This document shows positions 53,690-62,754 of a DNA stretch of 64,000 nt, piece after piece. The notes beneath the pieces were generated by a model. That model ran no database searches, was not told the origin of the DNA, and saw nothing but the letters and a program-made list of their open reading frames with translations. Within the stretch, counting starts at the first letter, position 1, and the number at the start of each line of letters is the position of its first letter. The stretch comes from Microbacteriaceae bacterium (GTDB taxonomy: Bacteria > Actinomycetota > Actinomycetes > Actinomycetales > Microbacteriaceae): assembly GCA_007117135.1 (NCBI GenBank), contig SKHB01000010.1:21762-85761 (forward strand), written 5' to 3'. The position numbers and the translations under genes are program-made.

Positions 53690-53713
53690 ACAGGGTTCAA
53701 GAAGGGCAAGCCC

Positions 53714-54946
53714 ATGACCACTGTTGTCGTGACCGGCATTGGAGCAACTTCGCCCCTTGGCGGAACCGCCAGGGAATCCTGGGATGCTCTTCTCCGAGGC
53801 GAATCCGGTGTCGCCGCCCTCACCTACGACTGGGTGGCCGAACACGATCTCCCGGTGACATTCGCTGGTGAGGCAAAAGTTCGGCCAGAAGAAGTCCTAG
53901 AGCGTCAAGAGATTAAACGCCTTGACCCCTCCGCCCAGTTTGCTCTCATCTCCGCTCGCGAGGCGTGGGCAGACGCCAACTTGGACGGTGTTGATCCTGA
54001 GCGGATTCTCGTCGACTACGCCACCGGTATTGGTGGGTTGTGGACGTTACTTGACGGCTGGGACACTCTGAAAGAAAAGGGTCCCCGTAGGGTTCTTCCA
54101 ATGACCATCCCCATGCTGATGCCAAACGCGGCTGCGGCAGCAGTGAGCATGCATTTGGGTGCTCGAGCTGGGGCGAGAACGGTGGTGTCGGCGTGCGCGT
54201 CGGGGACAGAGTCGATTGCGAACGCTTACGAACACCTCCAGTTGGGGCTTGCTGATGTTGTAGTTGCCGGGGGAACAGAGTCTGTCGTTCACCCGCTCCC
54301 CATCGCCGCTTTCGCAGCCATGCAGGCCCTGTCAAAGCGCAACGATGAACCCGCCCGAGCCTCGCGCCCGTACGACGTTGACCGGGATGGTTTCGTATTG
54401 GGCGAGGGCGCTGCAACCCTGATTCTCGAGACCAAAGAGCACGCTGAGGGACGCGGGGCCAAAATTTATGCTGAGCTCGCTGGGGGTGCTGTAACGAGTG
54501 ATTCGTATCACATCACCGCGCCAGATCCTGAAGGTAATGGAGCTGCCCGTGCGGTGAGCGAGGCGTTGGCGCAAGCGGGAGCTCAGCCTGACGACGTCAA
54601 CCACATCAACGCCCACGCCACTTCCACCCCGGTCGGCGACATTGCTGAATATGAGGCGCTGAAACGCGTTTTTGGTGACCGGGTGAGTGACATTCCGGTG
54701 TCTGCCACCAAGTCCTCTACCGGTCACCTGCTCGGCGGGACAGGAGCGCTGGAAGCTTTGTTCACGGTACTTGCCATCCACGAGCGTACCGCTCCCCCGA
54801 CGATAAACCTCGATAACCAAGACGAGGCTATCCGGCTGGATGTTGTCACATCCCCGAGACGTCTTGGCGACGGCCCCATTTTGGCCATTTCCAACTCGTT
54901 TGGTTTCGGCGGTCACAATGCCGTCGTTGCATTTCGAAGCCTGTAA
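53714..54946 (+). CDS. fabF: Beta-ketoacyl-ACP synthase II
   Basis: VVVTGIG, SACAS, NAHATST, GHLLG and SNSFGFGGHN motifs. Confidence 0.95.
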   Translation: MTTVVVTGIGATSPLGGTARESWDALLRGESGVAALTYDWVAEHDLPVTFAGEAKVRPEEVLERQEIKRLDPSAQFALISAREAWADANLDGVDPERILVDYATGIGGLWTLLDGWDTLKEKGPRRVLPMTIPMLMPNAAAAAVSMHLGARAGARTVVSACASGTESIANAYEHLQLGLADVVVAGGTESVVHPLPIAAFAAMQALSKRNDEPARASRPYDVDRDGFVLGEGAATLILETKEHAEGRGAKIYAELAGGAVTSDSYHITAPDPEGNGAARAVSEALAQAGAQPDDVNHINAHATSTPVGDIAEYEALKRVFGDRVSDIPVSATKSSTGHLLGGTGALEALFTVLAIHERTAPPTINLDNQDEAIRLDVVTSPRRLGDGPILAISNSFGFGGHNAVVAFRSL

Positions 54947-54988
54947 CTAAGTGATTGCCCAGCTTCTGCTGAGAAACTGCCCACAAAA

Positions 54989-55004
54989 CTGACCGATTGG
55001 TCAG
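54989..55004. promoter_or_regulatory. Probable TetR operator
   Basis: Dyad CTGACC-GATT-GGTCAG upstream of the tetR gene. A second dyad AGAGT-T-ACTCT lies at 55006-55016. Confidence 0.65.
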
Positions 55005-55037
55005 GAGAGTTACTCTGTGGCTATTAGGGTCGAAAGC

Positions 55038-55610
55038 GTGTCTCACCGCGACCAGATTCTCGATTCAGCTCTCGAGCGCTTTGCGCTCGATGGCTTTTTG
55101 GCGACCAGTATTCAACACATCGCAGCCGATGCCGGTGTGTCGAAGGCCACGGTGCTCTACCACTTCACCAGCAAAGAAGACCTTCTCCAACACGCCATCA
55201 CTCCTGCCCTCGACGAGTTCCAAAAACTCCTCGACGGGGTCAGAGATGACGAGTCTTTAGCTGACCCCTCGGACAGAAAAGCGTTCGTCGACGCCTTCGT
55301 GCCATTTCTGATCAGCAACCGGCTGGGTATTCACATCATTGTCACCCACGCCCACCTCGCGCACAGCCACCCGGCACTTAGCCGCGCACTCACCCTCATG
55401 TCTCGCATCGCAGACATTGTTGAACGCTCCAGCACTTCCCCCATCGATGCCCTTCGGTTTGGTGTGGCGCTGTCTGGAGCGACCTATTCGCTGGTATCGG
55501 AAACACTGCTCGGAATGGACAAACTAGACCCCGACGAACTTGAAGAAGGTCTCAAAGCAGTTCTCACCGACATGCTTCAACCAACAAGCCGCGTGGTGGG
55601 TGAGCAATAG
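55038..55610 (+). CDS. TetR/AcrR-family regulator
   Basis: HTH: ILDSA...F...GF.ATS...IA..AGVSKATVLYHF.SKEDL. Confidence 0.93.
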   Translation: MSHRDQILDSALERFALDGFLATSIQHIAADAGVSKATVLYHFTSKEDLLQHAITPALDEFQKLLDGVRDDESLADPSDRKAFVDAFVPFLISNRLGIHIIVTHAHLAHSHPALSRALTLMSRIADIVERSSTSPIDALRFGVALSGATYSLVSETLLGMDKLDPDELEEGLKAVLTDMLQPTSRVVGEQ

Positions 55611-58486
55611 TGGCCACATGGTTGTATCGACTCGGTCGAGCCGCCTTCCGTAAAGCGTGGGTGGTGTTTGGTGCGTGGATTGTTGCGCTGGTCGCCATCG
55701 GCGGAATTGGTTTTGGCACTGGCGGCGAGACCGATGAAGAGTTCCGCATCCCCGGCTCTGAGTCACAAGAGGCTTTTGGCCGACTGGGCTCTGTGTTCCC
55801 CGTTTTTGCCGGCGCCAGCGTCCAAGTCGTCATCCAAACCGCCACAGACGCCGCCATCGACTCCGCAGACAACCAAGCTGCTATCGAGTCGCTCGCCGAA
55901 TGGCTGGCGATGGGGGCCGGCGTTGAGGAAGCAGTGAGTCCATTTAGTGAATTCGCTTCCCGAGCTATCAGCGATGACGGTCGAGTGGCGTTCATTCAAG
56001 TTCAACTCACCGAAGCCTCCCCGCAAGTCACCGAGGAAACTCTTGACTTCATTCTGTCTGCCGCGGACAGGCCGGAAGCCGCAAATTTCCGGGTCGAATT
56101 TGGTGGCGACGTCTTCCAAGACACCGACGTAGGACTCACCATCGCGGAGGTCATCGGGCTTGCTTTCGCCGGGCTGGTGTTGGTCATCACCTTCCGGTCG
56201 TTTAGGCCGGCGTGGATGCCACTCGCCTCAGCAGTGATTGGTGTGGGCATCGTGTTGGGAGTCGTGTTTTTTGCCGCCGACTACACCACCATTTCCAGCT
56301 CAGCACCACTGTTGGCAGTGATGCTGGGCCTGGCTGTGGGGATTGACTATTCACTGTTCATTCTCTCCAGGCACCGCAACCAGTTGGCCGCGGACATGGA
56401 CCCCGAAGAATCCGCTGGGATTGCGGTGGGCACAGCGGGGAATGCGGTCGTGTTTGCGGGGGGAACCGTCATTGTTGCCCTTCTGGGTTTATACCTGGTG
56501 AACATTCCTTTCCTCAGCGTTATGGGCACCGCCGCAGCCGGCGCCGTGGCGGTTGCCGTGTTGGCGGCCATCACCCTGCTTCCTGCCTTCATGGGCATGA
56601 TGGGCAGCAAACTCATTCCCCCGGTGGGGTCCAAGGCCCGGCAAATTGCCACCCTGTCCGCAGACAACCCCTCATTTGGCCGCCGGTGGGTGCGGGCAAT
56701 CACCAGGTTCCCTCTGGTGACCGTCATTGTGACCGTCACCGGGCTTGCCGTGTTGGCTATTCCCGCCGCATCACTCACCCTTGCCCTCCCGGGCGGCGGA
56801 CAAGAACCCGTCGACTCAACCCAGCGCCAGGCTTACGACATCATCAGTGAGTCGTTTGGCCCCGGATACAACGGGCCACTACTGCTCACTGTGGACATCA
56901 CCTCCAGCAATGCTCTGTTAGACAACCTGGCTGAACTTCGAGATGACCTTCAGGAAGTCCCCGGTGTTGACTTTGTCAGCGACGGGTTCCCCTCTCCCAC
57001 CCTCGACACTGTCATTTACCAAGTTGTTCCCACGACCGCCCCCGACTCAGAAGAAACTAAAGACCTCGTCAACCTTCTCCGAGACCGTGTGCCGGGCTGG
57101 AACGAAGACTACGAAGTGTCCATTCAAGTAACTGGGATCACCGCCATCGGTATTGATATTTCTCAGCGCATCGAATCCGCGCTGATTCCGTTTGGCATCG
57201 TGGTGGTGGGTTTGTCGATTGTGCTTTTGTTGCTCGTTTTCCGGTCAATAATCGTGCCCATCAAGGCGGCGCTGGGCTTCGTCTTATCGGTGACGGGAGC
57301 GTTCGGAGTTGTTGTTGCCGTGTTCCAATGGGGATGGTTCAACACTCTGTTGCACGTGGACACCCCGGGGCCGATTCTCAGTTTCATGCCGATCATTTTG
57401 ATGGCCGTGCTGTTCGGACTTGCAATGGACTACCAAGTGTTCATGGTCTCCGGCATGCGCGAACAATTTGTCCACACCAAGAAAGCCTCTTACGCCATTG
57501 AAGAAGGCTACTCTCAGGGGGCCCGAGTGGTGACCGCAGCGGCGGCCATCATGTTCTTCGTGTTCTTCTCGTTTGTGCCAGAAAGCTCCAACCTCATCAA
57601 GCCCATTGCTTTGGGTCTTGCCGTCGGTATTGCCTTAGACGCATTTGTTGTTCGTATGACGCTTGTGCCCGCCGTCATGGCCCTTTTTGGCAAGTCAGCC
57701 TGGTGGTTCCCCAAGTCCTTCGAGAGGTCGGTTCCCGAGGCAGACGTCGAGGGAGAAAAACTGCGCCACCACCTTGTTGCAGCGCAGTGGGCAGAAGAGG
57801 CAACCTCGAGGGGGCTCATCGTCTCGGACGAATTGGTCATTCACGGCGCCGCATCCACTCCACTGTCCGTTGCGATCAACTCGGGTGAGCGAGTGACCGT
57901 CACCGGCGATGACACGTCTCTTCGAAACCTGCAAGCAACACTGACCGGATATTTGCCCCCAGCATCAGGCTCACTTCATGTGGGGGGTTTTGCTCTGCCC
58001 TCAGACGCTCACAGTGTCAGACGATTGGTGTCTGCCTGGTCACGAGTCGACGATGACACTCTTGCCCCGCTCGGAGAAAGCATTGCCCGGCGCCTGGCAA
58101 ACTCTCACCACATTGACAAACTTTCCGCCTCAGAGCGAAATTCTCGGGTCAGTCAGGTGACGGCAACAATTGGAAACCTCTGCGAGACACTCCGCGTCGA
58201 CGGCGGGCGGGACCGCATCAACCCCTCGATACTCCCCGGGCTGCTCACCCGGCAACAACAAGTCGTCGCCTACGCCGCTTTGGCGCTGTGTGACATGTCG
58301 CCGGTCGTCATCATTGGCGGTTTGGACCCTGTGTCCTCTGAAGAAGAACGAGAGTTGTGGTGGGCGGCAGTAGAGGGCCTCGCCACCACACAACAAACAG
58401 TGTTGCTGTGCACAATCTCCACACTGTCCGCGTCCTCCCAGCAGACTATTTCCCTCACCAGCTCTCGATTGGCGGGAGTGAACTGA
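55610..58486 (+). CDS. MmpL-family (RND) transporter with C-terminal degenerate ABC-like domain
   Basis: GLAVGIDYSLF and GLAMDYQVF TM4/TM10 motifs and DAFVVRMTLVPA, followed by a soluble tail of about 250 aa. Confidence 0.9.
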   Translation: MATWLYRLGRAAFRKAWVVFGAWIVALVAIGGIGFGTGGETDEEFRIPGSESQEAFGRLGSVFPVFAGASVQVVIQTATDAAIDSADNQAAIESLAEWLAMGAGVEEAVSPFSEFASRAISDDGRVAFIQVQLTEASPQVTEETLDFILSAADRPEAANFRVEFGGDVFQDTDVGLTIAEVIGLAFAGLVLVITFRSFRPAWMPLASAVIGVGIVLGVVFFAADYTTISSSAPLLAVMLGLAVGIDYSLFILSRHRNQLAADMDPEESAGIAVGTAGNAVVFAGGTVIVALLGLYLVNIPFLSVMGTAAAGAVAVAVLAAITLLPAFMGMMGSKLIPPVGSKARQIATLSADNPSFGRRWVRAITRFPLVTVIVTVTGLAVLAIPAASLTLALPGGGQEPVDSTQRQAYDIISESFGPGYNGPLLLTVDITSSNALLDNLAELRDDLQEVPGVDFVSDGFPSPTLDTVIYQVVPTTAPDSEETKDLVNLLRDRVPGWNEDYEVSIQVTGITAIGIDISQRIESALIPFGIVVVGLSIVLLLLVFRSIIVPIKAALGFVLSVTGAFGVVVAVFQWGWFNTLLHVDTPGPILSFMPIILMAVLFGLAMDYQVFMVSGMREQFVHTKKASYAIEEGYSQGARVVTAAAAIMFFVFFSFVPESSNLIKPIALGLAVGIALDAFVVRMTLVPAVMALFGKSAWWFPKSFERSVPEADVEGEKLRHHLVAAQWAEEATSRGLIVSDELVIHGAASTPLSVAINSGERVTVTGDDTSLRNLQATLTGYLPPASGSLHVGGFALPSDAHSVRRLVSAWSRVDDDTLAPLGESIARRLANSHHIDKLSASERNSRVSQVTATIGNLCETLRVDGGRDRINPSILPGLLTRQQQVVAYAALALCDMSPVVIIGGLDPVSSEEERELWWAAVEGLATTQQTVLLCTISTLSASSQQTISLTSSRLAGVN

Positions 58487-58487
58487 C

Positions 58488-60479
58488 ATGGCACAGGTTC
58501 GACGAAGTGTGAGCGCCTGGCTGTTTGCTGCGCTACTCGCTCCCCTGGTGCTCATTGGGGTGCTTCTGGGTGCTTTTTCTAGCGCCGATACGGCAACGGA
58601 ACGAATCCCCGTTGCCCTGGTCAACAACGACGAGATCATCGTCGAGGAAGACGAAGACGGCGAAGAAACCTTCTTTCTCGCGAGCAGGCCCCTCGTTTTA
58701 GAACTCGTCGGCGGGGACGACATCACCCTCGATTGGGTGATTACCGACTCGGAACGTGCCGCCGAAATGCTGGAGCGTGGTGAGGTGTATGCCATCTTCG
58801 AAATCCCCGAAGACTTTTCCGAAAAGGTTCAAACGCTCGACACAATCGAACCCGAGCAAGCCACCTTCATCATCCGCACCAACCCTGCGCGTAGTTACCT
58901 CACCGGAATTGTCGCCGAACAGATTGGTGCACAAGTTGCCGCTGCTCTCAATGAAGAGTTTGGTAAAGCCATCCTCGACGGTCTCTTCACCGTCATCGTT
59001 GACCTCGGCGACGCCTTCACCGAAGCAGCAGACGCCTCCAGGGAGATCTCTGACGGCGTCCAAGAATTGTCTGACGGTGTCAGTGAACTCTCTGACGGAG
59101 TGAGAGAGCTCCGAAATGGAACCAGGGACTTGGCCGACGGTTATGCCGAATTCGATGATGGCCTCAAACAATACGTTGATGGTGTGGGGCAACTAGCTGA
59201 TGGGTTGTCAGAGTTTGAACGTGAGACCAGAGATTTGCCACAACTCACCGATGGAGTGCGAGCTTACACCGGAGGAGTAAGCCAATTCGCCGCAGGCTTG
59301 CAGGATCAAGTCACCACACTGAACGCATCGATTCCGTTACTCGAACAGCAAGTTGCGGACAAACAGGCCGCTGTTGACAATGACCCGGGGAACACGGCCG
59401 CTCAGCAAGAATTGCAAGAAGCAACCACACAATTACTCCAAGCATCGGTGACCCGTGGAGTTCTTCAGGGCCTCCTCGGTGATGACCGCTTCCAAGCGCT
59501 CGTCGCCGCGGGGCCGACTCTCACCGCTTCGGTAGACGACGCGGTCACAGGCATTCGAAACGGTCTTGTGGACTCTCGGGACGGCTCTAACGAACTCGCT
59601 TCCGCAAACCAGGAACTGCTTGATGGCTCCGATGAGATTCGGTCCGGGACGTCAGAGCTCGCTTCTGGGGTGCGGGAACTTGATGACGGTGTCAGAGAAC
59701 TTGATGACGGTGTTGCTGAGCTTGCTGACGGTGTTCAAGAATTTGCGGATGCACTCACTGAAGGTGCAGAAGAGATTGCGGCCGAGGCTCCCGGTGAAGT
59801 CGCCGACGCCACACTCGCGGCTCTTGTCAGCCCAGTGAATTCATCAAATGACTCCGGCCAACTAGATAGCGGTGTCAACGACAATTTGACTGCAGTGATT
59901 ATTCCGCTCGGTCTGTGGCTATCGAGTTTGTTGTTGATTGTTGCGCTACCTGCGCCAAGTCTTCGATCACTCGGCTCAACCGTGTCTTCCACCCGTTTAG
60001 TCATCCGCCAACTGGGCCCGACTCTCGTCATGTCTGCAACGCAAGCAGCGGTTGCTCTCACCTTGGTTCACACTCTTGGCGGTGTCTCACTATCAACCCT
60101 TGGGTGGACGCTTCCGCTTGTCTTTGCTGGCGCACTCGCCTTTGTTGCCCTTCACTTCTTGGTCTGGGCGTGGCGTCCCAAGGCTGTTGTGCCAATGTCA
60201 CTGGCTTTGCTGGTTCTCCAGATTGCGACCTTTGGAGTCCTGCTGCCAGCCCAAATCCTGCCGGAGATTTACCAAACTGTTGTCGGCTGGGGGCCCATCA
60301 GCTGGTTGGCTGATGCCCTTCTTGGGGCGGCATCCGGCGATACACCGGGCCGGATGGCCGGAGTGTTAATTGGGTTGCTGCTCACAGCAGCAGCGTCGCT
60401 GCTGCTGTCCAGGGCACTGTTTGGCTCCCGGCGACACAAAATGGTGAAGGACTACTACCTGACTGGTTCGGTGAACTAA
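58488..60479 (+). CDS. YhgE/Pip family membrane protein
   Basis: N-terminal TM, IPVALVNND, IPEDFS, xxLxDG heptad repeats and about 5 C-terminal TM helices. Confidence 0.9.
   Translation: MAQVRRSVSAWLFAALLAPLVLIGVLLGAFSSADTATERIPVALVNNDEIIVEEDEDGEETFFLASRPLVLELVGGDDITLDWVITDSERAAEMLERGEVYAIFEIPEDFSEKVQTLDTIEPEQATFIIRTNPARSYLTGIVAEQIGAQVAAALNEEFGKAILDGLFTVIVDLGDAFTEAADASREISDGVQELSDGVSELSDGVRELRNGTRDLADGYAEFDDGLKQYVDGVGQLADGLSEFERETRDLPQLTDGVRAYTGGVSQFAAGLQDQVTTLNASIPLLEQQVADKQAAVDNDPGNTAAQQELQEATTQLLQASVTRGVLQGLLGDDRFQALVAAGPTLTASVDDAVTGIRNGLVDSRDGSNELASANQELLDGSDEIRSGTSELASGVRELDDGVRELDDGVAELADGVQEFADALTEGAEEIAAEAPGEVADATLAALVSPVNSSNDSGQLDSGVNDNLTAVIIPLGLWLSSLLLIVALPAPSLRSLGSTVSSTRLVIRQLGPTLVMSATQAAVALTLVHTLGGVSLSTLGWTLPLVFAGALAFVALHFLVWAWRPKAVVPMSLALLVLQIATFGVLLPAQILPEIYQTVVGWGPISWLADALLGAASGDTPGRMAGVLIGLLLTAAASLLLSRALFGSRRHKMVKDYYLTGSVN
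59676..59738. repeat. 3 x 21-bp imperfect tandem repeat encoding ELxDGVx heptads
   Basis: GAACTTGATGACGGTGTCAGA / GAACTTGATGACGGTGTTGCT / GAGCTTGCTGACGGTGTTCAA; similar units occur near 59045-59105. Confidence 0.85.
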
Positions 60480-60979
60480 CCAGTTCGGTGAAGCCACAGG
60501 ACGGACGAGGTCTCCCCAGCGTGGCGGAAGGGCTCAAGTTCCTCATCCCACGCCACACCTAAAGCCAGACGCAGCTCCCGCTGCACCTCTTCAAAGTCTC
60601 CTCCGGAGACCTCTAAGGCGTATTTCACCCGGTCTTCACCGACCACCATGTTGCCGGCAGCATCAGTGGGGGCGGCGAAGATGCCGAGGTCTGGAGTGTG
60701 AAGAAAACGCATCGGGTCTGTTCCTAAAGATGCGTCCTCTGTGATTTCAAAACGTAGGTGCTCCCAGCCGCGCAGAGCGCTCGCCAGGGCAGCGGCCGTG
60801 CCGGGGTTGCCGTGCCAGGTGTAGTCGGTACGCAGAGACCCGGGAAGGATAGGTTGTTCGACCCAGTCGAGTTGAACAACTTCACCCAGGGTCGACGCAA
60901 TCGCCCACTCCACGTGGGGCGCTAGCGCTTTAGGCGCGGAATGCACAAACAGCACCCCGCTTGTTGCCGGTGCCATCAT
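60476..60979 (-). CDS. DUF3145 family protein
   Basis: GVLFVHSAP.AL.PHVEWA, LRFEITED, TPDLGIF and WDEELEPFR motifs. Confidence 0.92.
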   Translation of the reverse strand: MMAPATSGVLFVHSAPKALAPHVEWAIASTLGEVVQLDWVEQPILPGSLRTDYTWHGNPGTAAALASALRGWEHLRFEITEDASLGTDPMRFLHTPDLGIFAAPTDAAGNMVVGEDRVKYALEVSGGDFEEVQRELRLALGVAWDEELEPFRHAGETSSVLWLHRTG

Positions 60980-61144
60980 CGATCCCTCCGTTTCTGTTGG
61001 TTCGACTTCCCCATCGACCACAGAAACATGCGGAGGTGTGTGCAGTTATTTCGCTTTCGCTGTCTTTAGTATGACGCAGACCGCGACAAAATCACAAGCC
61101 TGTGATTCGCTCTTCACAGCGTGTCGCAAGGTTACAACAAAGCC

Positions 61145-61948
61145 TTAGTGGGGGTGAAGAAGGTCTTCACCACCAGCCATCACGTTCTTTTCCCCTGCCG
61201 GAATGGCAAAGGGGAAACGATTGTTAGCCGGCGGGAGCGGGCAGTTAAAGTGGTAACTAAATGCGCACGGCGGCAAAATCGCGTAATTAAAGTTCAGGGT
61301 GATGGTGCCGTCAGGGTTGGGGGCACAAAACAAGAACCGGCCAACGCTGTACGTAGTGTCACCGTTAGTGGCATCGGAAAACACCAACTGGAGGGCGTTT
61401 CCCGCTTTGAAAGCGCTCAGGGTGTATGTCTGTCCCTCATAGTCGAAGATGATGTCACCGGGGACAACTTCATCCTTGGCGCTCCCTTCATCTTTGAGGT
61501 GTTCAAACCCCACCAGTGATCCACCGGGAATCTCTCTCCACGTCGCGTGGCACACCCACTCCGGCTTGTACTCAAACGCGTCGATGTGCGAAAAGCGCTG
61601 CATCTCCTCCGAATTCGGATCCCACACCCGAAGAGCAAAAGCACCATCTTGGCCAATGATGGTGGCCGTCCGGCCGTCACCCAACTCAATGGTTGACGGG
61701 GTGGCCGAATTTTTCGGGAACACTGAAACGGTACCGTCGACAACGTTACCGTTCACGGTGATGTTGTCTGCGGCCGTCGCCGTCACCTGCAGGCCCCCTT
61801 CTGCGGGAGCCCACGTGCCTGGAACCGACCAGACAGTTTGCTGTTGATCGACCCATTGCGTGTTGGTCAAAGCAAGGGAACCTTGAGGGCTTGTGACTGC
61901 TTGCCTGCGTTTGGCCTGAAACGTCGTCAGTTGTTCAACCGGATCCAT
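61145..61948 (-). CDS. DUF1684 family protein
   Basis: F.DATNG..TY..GRFL and FN.A..PPCAF...NCPLPP..N......AGEK. No signal peptide or TM helix is seen. Confidence 0.88.
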   Translation of the reverse strand: MDPVEQLTTFQAKRRQAVTSPQGSLALTNTQWVDQQQTVWSVPGTWAPAEGGLQVTATAADNITVNGNVVDGTVSVFPKNSATPSTIELGDGRTATIIGQDGAFALRVWDPNSEEMQRFSHIDAFEYKPEWVCHATWREIPGGSLVGFEHLKDEGSAKDEVVPGDIIFDYEGQTYTLSAFKAGNALQLVFSDATNGDTTYSVGRFLFCAPNPDGTITLNFNYAILPPCAFSYHFNCPLPPANNRFPFAIPAGEKNVMAGGEDLLHPH

Positions 61949-61950
61949 CA

Positions 61951-62754
61951 CTAGCTCACGATAGCCGGAATGATGGCACCCGAGAACACCTGGTAGGCCA
62001 AAACAGTCTTTGCCACGAGGCTCAGCGTGATATACATGCGCTCACCGCGGAGGTAATCACGCCAGCCACCCACCTGGTGGTATTGGAGGGCCTGGTTGAT
62101 GGCGAAGGTGTTGAAGAACACAAACAGCGAAATGATGATTCCCACCACAAATGCTGGGGGCTCCACCTCGCTGGTTGAACCGGGGGCAAAGAAATAAATG
62201 AGGATAATGATCCAGGGAACAATTCCCGTCATCGAACCCATCACAAATGGCAAGAAGCCGCCCGAGCCCGGGAACTCATACTTTTCTTGCAACGCACCAA
62301 AGAAAATCATTGACGCGTTGACCGCGAAAATACCAATCAGCGCGCCGATGTCGGTGATGCCCGTGATTTGGGCAATCAACCAAATCATCACTGAGGAACT
62401 CAGGGAGTACTCCACCCAGCGGAAATAGTTGTGGTTGAGCTTCAACCCGTTCTTGTAACGCTGGAAGGCAAGAGGGGAAGCGATCAGATAGTGGAAGAAC
62501 GCTGACATGGCGAGGAACGCGATCACACCGATACCAACATTGATATCAAACAGTTCCACTCGCTCGGGCGGAACCGGGACGCCTGGAGGGCCGCCTAAAT
62601 AATCGGCTGTCACCGGGAAGGTCACCTGGGTGTCAATAATCACCAAGAAAGCGGACAACCCGACGGCTTGCAACAGGTGAAGTGTTCCCGCCACCACGTT
62701 GTATATCCGGAGGCGACCAATTTTCTCTTCGATTGTGCGTTCCTTCTTCGCCAC
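61951..62754 (-). CDS. Heliorhodopsin
   Basis: Seven TM helices with a basic N-terminus, H26 and H88, N.FRWVEYSLSSS (R112, counterion E115) and Y..LSLVAK (retinal Lys249). SD GGAGAGG precedes the GTG. Confidence 0.95.
   Translation of the reverse strand: MAKKERTIEEKIGRLRIYNVVAGTLHLLQAVGLSAFLVIIDTQVTFPVTADYLGGPPGVPVPPERVELFDINVGIGVIAFLAMSAFFHYLIASPLAFQRYKNGLKLNHNYFRWVEYSLSSSVMIWLIAQITGITDIGALIGIFAVNASMIFFGALQEKYEFPGSGGFLPFVMGSMTGIVPWIIILIYFFAPGSTSEVEPPAFVVGIIISLFVFFNTFAINQALQYHQVGGWRDYLRGERMYITLSLVAKTVLAYQVFSGAIIPAIVS

Noticed and set aside
59045-59740. 21-bp periodic repeats as a possible CRISPR or VNTR array
   Set aside because: They are in-frame heptad-coding repeats without unique spacers, and there are no cas genes in the window.
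61090-61107. AATCACA-AGCC-TGTGATT as a CRP site
   Set aside because: The orientation and spacing are wrong for TGTGA-N6-TCACA. It may be a weak terminator for the heliorhodopsin operon, but this is unsupported.
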